From Lama guanicoe (lineage: Eukaryota): DNA of 64,000 bases. Of this stretch, positions 62,512 to 64,000 are shown piece after piece. The stretch's first letter is position 1; each line of letters opens with the position of its first letter. Under the pieces are notes generated by a model, which was not told the origin of the DNA, ran no database searches, and saw only the letters and a list, made by a program, of their open reading frames with translations. The position numbers were made by a program, and so were the translations under genes. The stretch spans positions 11,793,175 through 11,857,174 of the forward strand of contig MU056000.1 of the NCBI GenBank assembly GCA_013239625.1, read 5' to 3'.

Positions 62512-64000
62512 TGACCCGGTGGCTTAACCTGTCAGTAAGGGAAACTTACCCAGGATTTGATGAACTATGGGTGAAAATGAGACATCCTGCCAGTTGAAAC
62601 TTAAGCTGCTTTTCCAGAAATTATACTCAATTCAGTATTAGCCAAAGATAAGTAGGAAATTTCTGCTTTAACTTGTTTAGTTGTATTATAACAAACTGGT
62701 ACATGACAATTTACACTGTAAACTTGCACACTCTTTGAAAAAGAGTCTTATAAAATGAGACTTCAAGGAAAAGTTTCCCTTTGCATAAGCCTCTTTGGGC
62801 TAGGTGCCCTGGGCTCTCCCAGAGACAATTCTGCTTTAATTTACATTTCTTTTGCCATTAGATATAAAAGCTTAAGAAGAATTGCTTTGGAGCTTCACCT
62901 CGGTCATCAAAAGCTCTTGGCCACCTTCAGTAGGAAATTTCCATTGTCTGCCTCAGTGAAGCCAGACCACTTGGCATTCCTAGGCTAGATCGGTTTCACC
63001 TGCCTTCAGCAAAGAAAATAGGGAGATGATTGGGTTCATTCATTCTTAACCCAGTAGGCAAAGGAGTTTACCAGGTCTGTGAGCACAGAGGCCTGAGTCC
63101 ACGGTTGGCTCTGTACCCGCCCCCTTCCTGACCACTGCAGACACAGAGACGGGAAGCAGAGTGGGCTGTACAGCGATCCATCACTGAGAAACAAGCCCAG
63201 GACAAGTGTTCTCAGCAGGAGGAGTCTTTGAATTCACGTTTCCAATGAGAACGACAGCGTACACGTTCATTCTCCCGACGCACATCTATGGAGCACTTAC
63301 TGTATACTAGCAGCGCCCTACCAGGTACGTGGGTTCGGGCACGGGTTGCGTTTGGTTCCTTCTCCCAGGAGGTTTGCTGGGATTCAAGCAGGCAAACAAG
63401 TGTGAGGGAGAAGCATCAGCTGGTGCCTCATCCTAAGTGTGTCTGTTACATGATTGAATTTGATCATCCATTTTGAGGCTTAGTGGAAAACCAATTGTAG
63501 AAAGCCTTTCATTTAAAGTGAAAAAACTCAACGACTTCCTCCTCCTAGAAATTTAGAGGGGAAAACCCCTATTATCTAATAAATTATCTGCATTAAAAAT
63601 GCATTAGTCATCAATCTTCATACCATCTGGTGACAGCTACATTGCTTATTTAAAAACAACACAGTCCCCTTCCTCGGAGCGTGCTTTTTATGGTTCTTCT
63701 AAAAGAAACTCATTAAACTCAGCTATAGAAGAAGGTAAACTACTTTACAGTAAATTAGAATGTTATACATAAGAGAATGCTTTGCATATTTTAGCTGCCA
63801 TTTTAATTTAAGGTGGAATGCATTGCTGCCCAAAATGTCTATTGCAAAAACCTAAAGAACATAGTCCTTGTAGTTGATAGTAAACGCTAGAGAGAAGACC
63901 AGCCCCAACATTTATTTTTCCTATGTATCTAACTCAGCGACAGAGGATCCTAAGGTGCCCCGCGAACTGCCCACAAAGATGACATTTTCCTCCTTCCTTT

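Overview
Mammalian nuclear DNA, most likely from a camelid: two tRNA-derived SINEs resemble Vic-1 and the young L1 3' UTRs look camelid-type. I recognise no protein-coding gene or RNA gene. The ORFs in the track are chance ORFs, except for decayed L1 ORF2 and hAT transposase remnants. The window is intronic or intergenic and dense in transposon relics (L1 of several ages, L2, L3/CR1, MIR, MaLR/ERVL LTRs, hAT elements), separated by repeat-poor blocks that may be enhancers. The most interesting structures are footprints of L1 machinery. (1) An L1 at 48.9-49.4 kb has its left target-site copy inverted, inside a segment bracketed by a ~65-bp inverted duplication. (2) A polyadenylated MaLR-LTR RNA was retroposed with TSDs at 4.8-5.0 kb. 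(3) An orphan mRNA 3'-UTR retrocopy sits inside an L3 at 6.2-6.6 kb. (4) A twin-primed L1 lies at 50.6-53.6 kb. (5) Separately, a 193-bp solo LTR lies at 15.45 kb. Repeat family names come from recalled consensus sequences, not a search, and boundaries of old repeats are approximate. I found no support for a novel protein-encoded system.
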